A stretch of DNA of 64,000 bases, taken from IMG/VR virus record IMGVR_UViG_3300032241_000856; one strand, written 5' to 3'. Positions 25,974-35,642 of this stretch are shown piece after piece. Position 1 is the stretch's first letter. Every line of letters begins with the position of its first letter. The position numbers and the translations under genes are program-made. Source of the stretch: an uncultured virus (IMG/VR IMGVR_UViG_3300032241_000856). Its lineage: Duplodnaviria; Heunggongvirae; Uroviricota; Caudoviricetes. The notes beneath the pieces were generated by a model. That model was given only the letters and a program-made list of their open reading frames with translations. It was not told the DNA's origin and searched no databases.

Positions 25974-26939
25974 TTACTTCTGACGGTTACGAATCATCGC
26001 AAGGATATCTTGCGCACGTGAATCACCACCGGCACTTGCTTCAGCCTTTGGTGCTGGAGCAGACTTAGCTACTGGTGCTGGTTCGTCGTCAAAGTCTTCG
26101 CTAGCGGCAGGTGCAGCCTTAGGAGTTGACTTTACAGGATCGCCGGTATTTTGGCTCATACCTGCTGGTTTGAAGTATTGTCCCCAACGATCCATATCAA
26201 ATGGCTCGCCGTCAACTGATGCCTCAAACATTTCTTTCATAACTTTCAATTCAACTTCGCCTGGTTTCTTAGGCAAAAAGTCACTCAAGTTATACAAGCC
26301 ATGTTGCTTGATTGCCGCATTTTCTTCGTCACTCAATGGACGCTCACGACGTGCCCAACTTGATGTTGAGTAGTCAGCATACCCACCTTTTGTGCCTTTT
26401 TTCATGCGATAGTCTAAGCCATGCACATAGTCAGTTGGCAAATCTTCCAACTCTGGATCAACCAAAGCGGCACGAATTGATGTAAAGATTTGAGGTCCAA
26501 TGATAAATCTACGGATTGGATTTTCTGGAGTTTCTTTTTCTTTGAGGCCGTCTTCAACAACGAAACCTTGGAAAATGTAACTACGCTTTTTCCAATACTT
26601 ACGACCCATATCTTCCAATGCTGGGTCTTTAAACCAAGCACGAACTTCGGAAAGAATCGGACAAGTATCACCATACATTTCAACGCAGGGGACTTGCACT
26701 ATTGTTTGTTTGCTTTCTGATTCACCTTTGATTCCGGCGAATGGCAATTTGATCATTGCACGTTCAACCCAGAAAAATGTGTTATCGGTGTTACCATCTG
26801 GTAAGAATCGCAGAACGGATTCGTCACCTTCTTTTAGATTCCAAAACGGGTAAATTGAATTGTCCCCGCCTGTTCTTTCTCCTGAACCTTTTGATTCAGC
26901 TGCCTTAAGTTTTGCTCTGATTTCTGCTAAAGATGCCAT
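25974..26939 (-). CDS. gp32: Single-stranded DNA-binding protein (T4 gp32-like)
   Basis: LRFLPD, CP-L, YWKKRSY, YADYSTS, acidic C-terminal region. Confidence 0.88.
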   Translation of the reverse strand: MASLAEIRAKLKAAESKGSGERTGGDNSIYPFWNLKEGDESVLRFLPDGNTDNTFFWVERAMIKLPFAGIKGESESKQTIVQVPCVEMYGDTCPILSEVRAWFKDPALEDMGRKYWKKRSYIFQGFVVEDGLKEKETPENPIRRFIIGPQIFTSIRAALVDPELEDLPTDYVHGLDYRMKKGTKGGYADYSTSSWARRERPLSDEENAAIKQHGLYNLSDFLPKKPGEVELKVMKEMFEASVDGEPFDMDRWGQYFKPAGMSQNTGDPVKSTPKAAPAASEDFDDEPAPVAKSAPAPKAEASAGGDSRAQDILAMIRNRQK

Positions 26940-27001
26940 AATTATTCTCCTATTAATAGCCTTTTATTTTTGCCTGTAGTTCCTTTATCACCTGATAAAA
27001 G

Positions 27002-27047
27002 AAAAAGTGCATATACACAGTATACGCACTTTTATTTATGTTTGCAA
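27002..27047 (-). promoter_or_regulatory. Overlapping terminator hairpin, sigma70 promoter and TAAATA motif upstream of SSB
   Basis: Stem AAAAGTGCGTATAC-TGT-GTATATGCACTTTT plus T tract; TTGCAA(27047-42)-17-TATACT(27024-19); TAAATA at 27038-33. Confidence 0.6.
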
Positions 27048-27072
27048 GAGAATTCTTGCTGGAAATGTGGAA

Positions 27073-29190
27073 TTATCTGCCAATCAGGCTAATAATTCTT
27101 GCCAATGTAGGTTCTTCATCATAGATGATTTTGGTGTTGTTTTCCATGAACACTGGATCATCTCCATGCTTTTCTTTATGAGCTTGTTTCAACAGACCAG
27201 CTAGTTTTAGGATACCATCTTTCTCATCGGATCCGCCATCCATTTCTTCAATGTGGTGTAGCATCTGTTCTACCATAGTTGGATCAACGTTTCCAAATTC
27301 ACCTTCTTCAGCGGCTTTGGTAAGTTTGATTTTAATGCGCTCTGCACCTAATGGAAAATGTCCGTTTTCTTGATCATAGAATCCTTCTACATATTTTTTC
27401 ATAGCTTCTTCGGGATTCATTTCATCTTGTTCGTAACCAAATTCGTCTGGAGTGCAATTACATTCTGCAATAACTTCTGCAAGTGTTTTAACTCCATGCC
27501 CGAAATCTAATCTAGTTTCAAGTGTGGCACCGGCCTTTTTAGCTCTAGCAATTGCGGCTCGTATACCTTCAGCAACTGGAGCTGGAGGAGGTGTAGCCGG
27601 AGCTGGTGGTGCTGGAGGAACAGCGCCTGCTTCGGGCGCAGGTGGTGGAACTTCTTCCGGAGCTGGTTCCGGAGCTGGTTCCGGAGGAGTTGGTAAATTC
27701 TCACCGCCAACTTCTTCTTGACCAAAATTCAATTGTGATCCAACATCTGCATTACGATTTTGAACGTAATCTTGAATCATTGAACGAACATCTAAGTTAG
27801 GATCAAGATCTTTAAACTCATCTAAGAATCTTGGATCATCAATAAATCCTTTTAGTGTATCGATAGCAGTTTGACCACCTTCACCTGCTGGAACTGGTGC
27901 TGATAATACTTCGTTATTGAATCGATCGATAGCATCTTTACGGGTAGCTTCATCATCGCTGAATAGTGAATCTGTTCCAGTATCAGTATCGACTCCCATG
28001 TCTAATCCGTCTTCAACAATTGAATTTAAGAATGATTCAAAGTGATCTTCTGGGTCAACGCTTTCTTTCTTATGACTCTTATAACCTTTGTTTTTCATCC
28101 AATTAGTTAGTGCATAAGGATTATCAATCTCGCCATGTTTCTTCATGGCCTTAACAGTGCCTTCCCATCCTTTGGGTGCCTTCTCAGCTAGTAAATCATC
28201 TGCGTCTAACTCTACAACTTCTAATTGTGACTCATCAACAAATTTATAAATGTATGGAAATACTGCTTTTAAATCTTCGTTAAATGATTTAATTGTTAAA
28301 CGATTAATTAGATCATTAGCTACTTCTTCTGGAATCATTTGCTCTTCTTGTGCTTCAAATGACTCAGCAAACTGTTCATAATAAGCGGGCTTTTGTAGTT
28401 TAGTAATTGTTTCTTTAATTTCTTCAATGCGATCTATAACACGACTAGTAACATTACCCATTGCTTCACTAATTTGCTCTTGACGGCTAACATACCCTTT
28501 AAATTTACGTAGACTTGCAAGTTCTTCACTTAGATTGCAAATATGTTGTCCAATTGCATCATATGGGTTACCGCCATGTTTAATATGTTCTGCAAGCGCA
28601 CGAGCACCAGATAAATGTTTATGTGGATAACGGAAACGTTCTCCGGCAGCATTTTCAATATAAATGCTTTCAATGTGCATAGTTCGCCCTGCGGCTAGTT
28701 CTGGATTGATAGGCTGGCTGTGTTTAACAACTAAGCGTGCCTCGCCTAAATCTTGATAACTCATTCGAGCTGTGCCGAACAACTTGTTTTCCATGATATT
28801 TTCTTCCTTGGGTTTTGCCTGAAACTCATAGTCTCGTTTGTCTAATTCGCTTTTGCCGATGTTTTGCACATCAAAGTTTAACAATCTATTTTTTGCAAAT
28901 TTTCTAAAAGATTTAATAAACTCATAAGCATGCGGATGAATACTGTCGTCATCACCTATTAAGTCGTCTCCGACTTGTATAATAACGCCGTCTTCTTCGT
29001 CTAGAGTAATCGCAATATTTCCTAAGACTTCACCATTTTCTTTGTATTCAAACTCAAAGAAACGAGCCTTGGGAATATCTGTCTTTTTACTTAATATAGT
29101 GCCGTTTTCGTCACCGAATTCGATGTCGTCAAAGCGGGTCTGTATTTTACCATACAGTTCTTTAGCAATTTTGTCGAGATTTACGTTCAT
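27073..29190 (-). CDS. Large acidic hypothetical protein (possible head/prohead-core component)
   Basis: 705 aa, acidic, Pro/Ala linker, TAAATA 4 nt before ATG, next to terminase. Confidence 0.7.
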   Translation of the reverse strand: MNVNLDKIAKELYGKIQTRFDDIEFGDENGTILSKKTDIPKARFFEFEYKENGEVLGNIAITLDEEDGVIIQVGDDLIGDDDSIHPHAYEFIKSFRKFAKNRLLNFDVQNIGKSELDKRDYEFQAKPKEENIMENKLFGTARMSYQDLGEARLVVKHSQPINPELAAGRTMHIESIYIENAAGERFRYPHKHLSGARALAEHIKHGGNPYDAIGQHICNLSEELASLRKFKGYVSRQEQISEAMGNVTSRVIDRIEEIKETITKLQKPAYYEQFAESFEAQEEQMIPEEVANDLINRLTIKSFNEDLKAVFPYIYKFVDESQLEVVELDADDLLAEKAPKGWEGTVKAMKKHGEIDNPYALTNWMKNKGYKSHKKESVDPEDHFESFLNSIVEDGLDMGVDTDTGTDSLFSDDEATRKDAIDRFNNEVLSAPVPAGEGGQTAIDTLKGFIDDPRFLDEFKDLDPNLDVRSMIQDYVQNRNADVGSQLNFGQEEVGGENLPTPPEPAPEPAPEEVPPPAPEAGAVPPAPPAPATPPPAPVAEGIRAAIARAKKAGATLETRLDFGHGVKTLAEVIAECNCTPDEFGYEQDEMNPEEAMKKYVEGFYDQENGHFPLGAERIKIKLTKAAEEGEFGNVDPTMVEQMLHHIEEMDGGSDEKDGILKLAGLLKQAHKEKHGDDPVFMENNTKIIYDEEPTLARIISLIGR

Positions 29191-29197
29191 GTTATAT

Positions 29198-30799
29198 TTA
29201 TCCGATACTGCTGATGAAGAGTGGTAGCGGCTCTATCCATTCATCCATAGGGTGTCCGTCTACACTCATTAAATCAAAGATTTTAGGATCCCATTCTGAT
29301 AAGTTTACGCTCATACGCACTATTAGCAAGAATGCAGACACTAAGTCATCATGCATGCCTTCCTTAGCTTGAAAGCTAGCGGCTTTGGCAATATAACCTT
29401 TGAGCTCGCTGATTAAAATTTTACTGTTTAATTTTACTTTATCTGCTTCAATTAAAAATTTAGCACGAGCACACGCTGAAATCTTGCTTCCATGTGTAGT
29501 ATTAAACCCTTTACGGAATTTACGCACATGTCCTTTACGCACAGGTTCGCTTACAAACAACCCTGGAAATGTTTCTTCTCCTAAATCTTTAATAACAACT
29601 AAGGCAGCTTCACCTACAGTATTATTTTCTACTGACCAAAATAATGTATTAGAATCAAGCCCGTTCTCTCCAACTTCGCTTTCGATATATCTTAAAATAT
29701 CGCGCATTATCTTAACTTGTTGTTGGACTTGTGTAAGATTATGTTGCCATTCTCCTACTTGGGTAAAGCTAGGCATTTCAAATACTTGTATACCTGCATA
29801 GTCTCCGCCTGTGCCTAAACTAGGATCTAGTGCTACAAGATATAAATTTCCTTTAGTTGGTTTTTTATACCACCGCACTTGCCCCATTCTAAATAACGGG
29901 TCTCTTCCTAGTAATTCTGCTAACTTCAAACTGCTGATTAGTGTTTCGTCATAGACTAAGAATTCACAGCCATATTCACGACGGAAACGTTCTTCACCGA
30001 TACGGCCCATCTCAGTTTTGCGCCATTCTTCGTCTCGGTCTGGATGTTCATGCCACTCTGCGCGGAATCCATGAAAGCCGTTACGTCCTAAATTATCCTT
30101 ACGTTCTTCGCCAAACTCATCAAATAAATCTTGGCTTTCTTTCCATATAGTAGCAAATGTATCTTCATCACTGTTAGGAGTTGAAGTTATAATTGCTCGT
30201 CCACCAGTTGCAAGTGTTGGTGATATTGATGTCCAGAACTCTTCGGCAATGTTAGGTTGCAAAAAGGCAAACTCGTCACAATATAGAAGGGAAATAGACA
30301 TACCGCGGCCTGTGTTGCCAGTAGTTGTTGCAGATACGATTCTTGATCCATTTTCAAACTCCATTGATCCTTTGTTATAATTTACAACACCTGCACGTAT
30401 GTAGTCAGGGCATAATTCATATCCATACCGGATACGTTGCATAATTTCTTGTGCGCCTGTATATTTGTGCGCGGCGATCAAAATAGTTTGATCTGGGTGG
30501 AACATGGCAAACCATAGCAAATATCCCGCCGCACATGTTGTCTTACCACTTTGTCGTGGCATCATGTTGATATTAAAACGATAGTCGTGATAACTGTGCA
30601 ATAATCTATGTTGATAGTCGTAAGGTTCAAACTTTACCTTTCCTCTTACAGGATGCTGAATATGAAAAAAGTTTTGAACAAAGTGCATATAACCTTCTTC
30701 AGGATCTGCACAAGCTAACAAGTCTTGAACTTGTGCTTCTGTAAACTTTTCTTTGGTATGCGCTTTTTTGGTTAAGACGCCGTCTAGTGATTTTGCCAT
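29198..30799 (-). CDS. gp17: Terminase large subunit (T4 gp17-like)
   Basis: YQ, PRQSGKTT, LLYCDEFAF, ITSTPN, ALDPSLG-GGD, HDDLV. Confidence 0.95.
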   Translation of the reverse strand: MAKSLDGVLTKKAHTKEKFTEAQVQDLLACADPEEGYMHFVQNFFHIQHPVRGKVKFEPYDYQHRLLHSYHDYRFNINMMPRQSGKTTCAAGYLLWFAMFHPDQTILIAAHKYTGAQEIMQRIRYGYELCPDYIRAGVVNYNKGSMEFENGSRIVSATTTGNTGRGMSISLLYCDEFAFLQPNIAEEFWTSISPTLATGGRAIITSTPNSDEDTFATIWKESQDLFDEFGEERKDNLGRNGFHGFRAEWHEHPDRDEEWRKTEMGRIGEERFRREYGCEFLVYDETLISSLKLAELLGRDPLFRMGQVRWYKKPTKGNLYLVALDPSLGTGGDYAGIQVFEMPSFTQVGEWQHNLTQVQQQVKIMRDILRYIESEVGENGLDSNTLFWSVENNTVGEAALVVIKDLGEETFPGLFVSEPVRKGHVRKFRKGFNTTHGSKISACARAKFLIEADKVKLNSKILISELKGYIAKAASFQAKEGMHDDLVSAFLLIVRMSVNLSEWDPKIFDLMSVDGHPMDEWIEPLPLFISSIG

Positions 30800-30813
30800 A
30801 AAACTATTTACCG

Positions 30814-30841
30814 AAAAAAATAGACCCCGAAGGGTCTATTT
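30814..30841 (-). terminator. Rho-independent terminator with UUCG loop
   Basis: AAATAGACCC-TTCG-GGGTCTATTT plus T tract. Confidence 0.85.
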
Positions 30842-30873
30842 GGCACCTTGGACAGGGTGCTAACTGCGACGAA

Positions 30874-31965
30874 TTAACCGTTAAGCATTTTGCTTAATCT
30901 TACAATTTCTTTAGATTCGTTAATAGCTGATTCTTCCATGTCTTCATAATCTTTAGGATCATGTTGCTCATAGTGGTAATACTCTAATGCCTCTTGATGA
31001 CTCCAACCATATTTTCGCATTAGGTGTCGAATTTTTCTTTCTTCGTCGTCCTCGTGATGAGCGTTTTCTTTTACGTCTTTCTTAGACATTTTTTCACTTT
31101 CACGACGAGCTTTATCACTCATGTTAGTTACTTTGCCGCGGCCATCTTTCTTTTCAGCTTTCTTCCAATCGCTTTCTTCTTTCCAACGAACAACGTTACC
31201 GTGTTCATCTTTTTCTTCAGTGCGTTCTTCTTTTATCTGCTGATACATTGCTGATAGCTTGTTAACTAATGACTCGTGGTATGGATTGCCGCCGCCTTGT
31301 TTTTTAACTGGTTCGGCAGCATCTTGGCTATGTAAATCATTACCGCCGTGGATTGCGGCATCTAATCCCATTGTATGTGGACCTGCATCACCGTGAACTG
31401 AGTTACCAAATTTTTCTGCAACTGGCAAATGTTCATCGCCACCTACTGGATCGCCTAGCACTACATCGTTAGCTGGCTTATGATGTTGTGGTTCTGAAGT
31501 TCCGTTTTCAATATTGCGCAATACTGCCATTAAATCTTTAATACCGCCTGGACCACTTCCGTTCATGCTAACGTTCATGCTAACTGAATCAGGTTGTGCA
31601 GTAGGTTCATGAGGCATATCCATTGCCGGCATCATCATGATACTTTCTTCCTCTTCCTCTTCGCCTTGAATTACTGGCATATGGTCAGTATGGTTTGGAG
31701 CAATCATAGGCTCTGTCATTTCTTCTGCTTCTGGGTCATTTGATCCAACTGGGGATTGCATGCCTGCGCCATCGTTGCCAAAATCCATCTCCGGAAGTGC
31801 CGCTTGTCCGTCGCCCATCTGAGGAGCACTAGGAGCAGTTGCACTTGCACCCATTTCAACTCCGTCTTCTTCAACACCACCATTATGATAGTGATGCATT
31901 TCCTGAGATTCGGGAACAGGCTGATCTAAGCTCTGTATTTTTTTGTATAAGTCTAGAAAATTCAT
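30874..31965 (-). CDS. Acidic low-complexity protein (possible prohead core/internal protein)
   Basis: MNFLDLYKKI...; E/M/H-rich; start reassigned to ATG 31965. Confidence 0.7.
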   Translation of the reverse strand: MNFLDLYKKIQSLDQPVPESQEMHHYHNGGVEEDGVEMGASATAPSAPQMGDGQAALPEMDFGNDGAGMQSPVGSNDPEAEEMTEPMIAPNHTDHMPVIQGEEEEEESIMMMPAMDMPHEPTAQPDSVSMNVSMNGSGPGGIKDLMAVLRNIENGTSEPQHHKPANDVVLGDPVGGDEHLPVAEKFGNSVHGDAGPHTMGLDAAIHGGNDLHSQDAAEPVKKQGGGNPYHESLVNKLSAMYQQIKEERTEEKDEHGNVVRWKEESDWKKAEKKDGRGKVTNMSDKARRESEKMSKKDVKENAHHEDDEERKIRHLMRKYGWSHQEALEYYHYEQHDPKDYEDMEESAINESKEIVRLSKMLNG

Positions 31966-31966
31966 A

Positions 31967-32590
31967 TTACTTGCCTCCCATAGGACTTGGAATTTTATTT
32001 TGTCTTGTGCCAATAAGACTGCTGTGAACTTTCTCTGCCGTAGTCTGTTCAGCTTGAGCCTTTACACTTTTAGCCTTAGGAAACAGTTCGTCATTGACTC
32101 CTGAATATTCTTCTAAATGCTTAGGCGCTTTACCTAATTCTTTTAGAAATGCTAATTTATGTTTATCTCCAACCATTTCTTGGCCGCCTGGAGCGTATTC
32201 TATTTCGTGTTTGTTTAAAAATGCTTCGCCAGTTTTTTCAGCATGCTCATGATTAATTTCATATTCACGCTCTTCTGCTAAATTCTTTACTTTTACTAAA
32301 CTATGTGGTAATCCTAAGTGCATAGCAACCGCATCTTGAACTTGATGGCTAGTTGCCGGATATGATGTAGAAACATCGAATATAGTCATGCTAATATTTC
32401 TATGCTCCGGAAAATCATAGTGACGAGCTTGTGTTGGCACACCTTTGCCTGCACTGCAACTTTCTACTTTAAATTCTGCTAGAGAATTTTTAAGTTTTTG
32501 TTGACAATCTTTTGGTAGATCTCCACCGAGTTTAATCTTAAATTCGTAAACTCTTTTGCTTTCTGTTAAGTATTCTTTGTATGATTTCAT
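31967..32590 (-). CDS. Putative head-associated protein
   Basis: N-terminus MKSYKEYLTE resembles the T4 capsid-targeting sequence; TAAATA upstream. Confidence 0.65.
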   Translation of the reverse strand: MKSYKEYLTESKRVYEFKIKLGGDLPKDCQQKLKNSLAEFKVESCSAGKGVPTQARHYDFPEHRNISMTIFDVSTSYPATSHQVQDAVAMHLGLPHSLVKVKNLAEEREYEINHEHAEKTGEAFLNKHEIEYAPGGQEMVGDKHKLAFLKELGKAPKHLEEYSGVNDELFPKAKSVKAQAEQTTAEKVHSSLIGTRQNKIPSPMGGK

Positions 32591-32611
32591 AGCATGATCC
32601 TAGTCATATAT

Positions 32612-33091
32612 TTATTTCAAATTCTTTAATTTTTCAAGTAGACTATTACGATCGCTAATGATCACCCCGTCGCCTTGTAAAGTAATTCCGTTGTCACTGT
32701 TGTTTGCATCTTGATCTAACTTTTGTTTTTTTAACTGTAGATCAATCATTTTTAACTTTTTATCTAACTTAGCAGACTTGGCATCAATTGCATTTTTAAG
32801 CATGCTGGCCGCTACTTCAAACATGCGAGCACTGTAACGTGATTCTACATTCATGCCTAAATCCATAATGTCGTCATAGGCATCAGTGGCTTTTTTAGCA
32901 AGTTCGTCTAGTTCAGAATCACCTAAATCTCCTAGACCTTTAACCATAGGTAAGGCTGCTGAGATCTTATCGTATTCGTTGATGTCTCTAAGTAAGGGAG
33001 CAACTTCAGTTTTACTCTGAGCTTTTTCCTCTTGCTTGATAATCTTTTTACTTTCGGGTAAATTTAATATTTCTTCAAGTTTTTTAGTCAT
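32612..33091 (-). CDS. Putative terminase small subunit (gp16-like)
   Basis: Helical, R-FEVA-ML, C-terminal ISDRNSLL; start at ATG 33091. Confidence 0.55.
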   Translation of the reverse strand: MTKKLEEILNLPESKKIIKQEEKAQSKTEVAPLLRDINEYDKISAALPMVKGLGDLGDSELDELAKKATDAYDDIMDLGMNVESRYSARMFEVAASMLKNAIDAKSAKLDKKLKMIDLQLKKQKLDQDANNSDNGITLQGDGVIISDRNSLLEKLKNLK

Positions 33092-33105
33092 ACTATTACT
33101 TATGC

Positions 33106-33537
33106 TCAAACCTTACTGAAGATATCATTTTCATTTAATATTCTAAATGTTATTCCCTGTTGTCTAGCCCAAATATTAGCCGCTTGCCACTTAGCTTGAT
33201 TTTTAACATACTGAGCTTGGTTATATTTGTTTTTACCGACACGTTCTAATATTGTTTGACTAGCAGGTTTGATCTCAATAAGCTCTGTAATCATTTTACC
33301 TTTCTTATCTACGTATTGTATAAAGAAATCAGGAACATAAACTGTCTGGCGTCCTGTTAACGGATCTCTGTAAGGTATTTGTATTGCTTCACTTGCCCAT
33401 TTTGTAATACTTTCATTTGTATCGCAAAAATTCATAAAGCTCCATTCCCAGCTTGAACGATAGGTGGGAAATTTATTCCCTACATACTTTTCAGGATGTT
33501 TCATTACAAATTTACCGCGGGCAAATTTACTAGGCAT
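33106..33537 (-). CDS. gp4: Head completion nuclease (T4 gp4-like)
   Basis: HPEKYVG, YRSSWE, WASE, IPY, YVPDF, IEIKP, N-AKW-AA. Confidence 0.88.
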   Translation of the reverse strand: MPSKFARGKFVMKHPEKYVGNKFPTYRSSWEWSFMNFCDTNESITKWASEAIQIPYRDPLTGRQTVYVPDFFIQYVDKKGKMITELIEIKPASQTILERVGKNKYNQAQYVKNQAKWQAANIWARQQGITFRILNENDIFSKV

Positions 33538-33908
33538 TATACAAGGATATTACGAGTTTCGTAAGTATCTACTAAAGGTGCTATTCTATAGCCTAATAAA
33601 CTTGTGTTTTCCCTATAGGCGTTAATTACTTGTCCAACTACTTGGCTTAGTTGAATAGAAGTTAGTTTATTTAGACTATCGATTAACTGGAATACGCTTA
33701 CATTATCAATCTTTGCTTGATTAAGCAAAATGATAGTTATGCTTTTGCTACTAGATTCGTCAAACCCTTTTTTTAGAAAAAATCCAGTGACAGCATCTAT
33801 TTGCGCAGCCGGAAAAGTTACTTGATGGTTATAAAATCTATCAAAAAATTGTTTCAACGATGCTGATGAGCCAATGTTTAAATCGATTGGTAAGTTAGAT
33901 GATGCCAT
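33537..33908 (-). CDS. Hypothetical structural-region protein
   Basis: 123-aa ORF coupled to gp4-like gene. Confidence 0.7.
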   Translation of the reverse strand: MASSNLPIDLNIGSSASLKQFFDRFYNHQVTFPAAQIDAVTGFFLKKGFDESSSKSITIILLNQAKIDNVSVFQLIDSLNKLTSIQLSQVVGQVINAYRENTSLLGYRIAPLVDTYETRNILV

Positions 33909-33911
33909 TTA

Positions 33912-34892
33912 TTATCCTATAGGAGTTGCAGTAGTAGTTGCAGTAGTAGAAGGTGCTATTGGAAATGATATACCTTGCAATCCTGATACGCCTTGAACTG
34001 CCGTGCTTCCTACGTTATTTAATAAACCAGCTTGTCCTGCAATACCTAATTGTTGAGTATTCTGATATGTATTAACTGTTTGATTGGCATTTTGTAAAAA
34101 ACTAGCTAGAGTTGATTGAGATAAGTTATTACTAAATGTAGGGCTTGCATTGTCAGCTGGCATGCCTGTTAACGGACTAGGAGTAGTATCGTAATGTTCA
34201 GTGCCGAATCCTTCAACACTTCCATCTGTTGTAATGCCATTTCCGTATTGAACTGCTTCATAAGCCAGTTGCATAGTGTTGTCGTGAGTGCCAGTGCCAG
34301 CATAATCAACTTTGTTATGATTCCAAGATTTTATAATAGGATTAATTAGCTTATAACTTACATACTCATGTTTTGCCATATGATAGATAGTAATGTAGTT
34401 AAAGAAAGGTAGCTGACTTCCAGTGTTTAATCCGTATGGTGCGACTATTGATCCAAAATTTTGTGTAGCATTTCTACCATAAGCACCTGGAGTCCCGGCA
34501 CTATTAGGATCTGCATAGTAGTATGAATAATAGTTTTGCCACAACTGATTAATCAATCCCATGTTGTCATCATGAAATGTAATCTGAACTGGTTGATACT
34601 TGTGCGTGTATTGCACATTAGTTTTTCTATTATATTGATTAAGTGTTTCAACTTCTAAACTAAAGTTTGGAAGATCTGCATTTTTTACCAACATATCTAT
34701 TTCAGTTCCATGACGTTGAACGAGTGTCACATCCCTGCATGCGGCAGGATTAATATTAAATGCAACATGAAATAGAAACTTGTGTTTAGGCGCTAAACGA
34801 AAATCGTCGTTGACAAACAGTCGACTAGCGGTCTGTGAGTCTCTTAGAGTTTCATTAGTTTGATTATTTAAAAAGCTGGCAAATTGTGTCAT
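33912..34892 (-). CDS. Baseplate/tail-tube initiator (gp54/gp48-like)
   Basis: Tube-fold motifs DLPNF, NQYNRK, ITFHDD, LINP-I, LAYE; next to tube gene. Confidence 0.65.
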   Translation of the reverse strand: MTQFASFLNNQTNETLRDSQTASRLFVNDDFRLAPKHKFLFHVAFNINPAACRDVTLVQRHGTEIDMLVKNADLPNFSLEVETLNQYNRKTNVQYTHKYQPVQITFHDDNMGLINQLWQNYYSYYYADPNSAGTPGAYGRNATQNFGSIVAPYGLNTGSQLPFFNYITIYHMAKHEYVSYKLINPIIKSWNHNKVDYAGTGTHDNTMQLAYEAVQYGNGITTDGSVEGFGTEHYDTTPSPLTGMPADNASPTFSNNLSQSTLASFLQNANQTVNTYQNTQQLGIAGQAGLLNNVGSTAVQGVSGLQGISFPIAPSTTATTTATPIG

Positions 34893-34938
34893 AATACTAT
34901 TTATTTAAAAATAAACTGCGCACTTAATGATTAATCAT

Positions 34939-34962
34939 AAAAAAGCCCACACATTGTGGGCT
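34939..34962 (-). terminator. Rho-independent terminator after tail tube gene
   Basis: AGCCCACA-ATG-TGTGGGCT plus T tract. Confidence 0.8.
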
Positions 34963-34968
34963 AATTTA

Positions 34969-35625
34969 TTAACCAGTTGAACCAGGTGATCCAGCTGACG
35001 TTGCATTGTTATTCCCTGTAATTCTGCTTGTCGGAGCGGCAGGGCCACCGATAGTTTGAATACAATTGTCAGGTTGGATTGTTAAATCAATTGTTAAGAT
35101 ACTTTGATCACTGTAGCTTAGAGCATTATAGTTAGCTTGTGTAATGTAGCAACCGTAACATTCCCATTGTTCAAGAACACCACTTTGCTCTGTTGGAGCA
35201 AATGCACCATTACCACCGTCTAACATTTCAATACGCATTAAGAATTTATAATCAGCACCAACTGCGGCAGCACTTTGTTCAAAGAAATCAAATTGCTTTT
35301 GCATTTGTGAGCCAACTAATTTACTCACTTGACCAGTTACATCATCACGCAACTTGACACTAAATGTATTCCATTTTGGTCTTCCAGCGTAGTGAATTGT
35401 TGAGTTGTAAACCATAATAGTCTGGTCATCAAACTGAACATTAGGACGAGAAGCTTCAGCAACTTGTTTTGTAAGCTCAGAAAGATCACTTGCCGCGCCA
35501 ACTCCGAAGTTTTCTAAAATAATTCTATAACGATATTTTAGTTTTGGAAACAATGTTCCCTGAGCCACTGCACTTTGATCAGATGCTAGTGGAACAGTAA
35601 ATCTAGATAAACTTGCTATTGCCAT
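34969..35625 (-). CDS. gp19: Tail tube protein (T4 gp19-like)
   Basis: PKLKYRYR, YAGRPKW, LRDD, WECYGC; directly after sheath. Confidence 0.85.
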   Translation of the reverse strand: MAIASLSRFTVPLASDQSAVAQGTLFPKLKYRYRIILENFGVGAASDLSELTKQVAEASRPNVQFDDQTIMVYNSTIHYAGRPKWNTFSVKLRDDVTGQVSKLVGSQMQKQFDFFEQSAAAVGADYKFLMRIEMLDGGNGAFAPTEQSGVLEQWECYGCYITQANYNALSYSDQSILTIDLTIQPDNCIQTIGGPAAPTSRITGNNNATSAGSPGSTG

Positions 35626-35642
35626 TTGTTATGCTCCGTTAA

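Noticed and set aside
27452..27800. Overlapping ORFs and a 12-bp tandem repeat (CCGGAGCTGGTT)
   Set aside because: By-products of the Pro/Ala/Glu linker in 27073..29190.
10422..30799. Inteins or introns in helicase, UvsW, UvsX or terminase
   Set aside because: Lengths are typical, motifs are contiguous, and no splice or homing-endonuclease signatures are visible.
33106..33537. TnsA-like transposase or mobile element
   Set aside because: Motifs and position match the T4 gp4 head-completion nuclease; no other transposon genes or terminal repeats.
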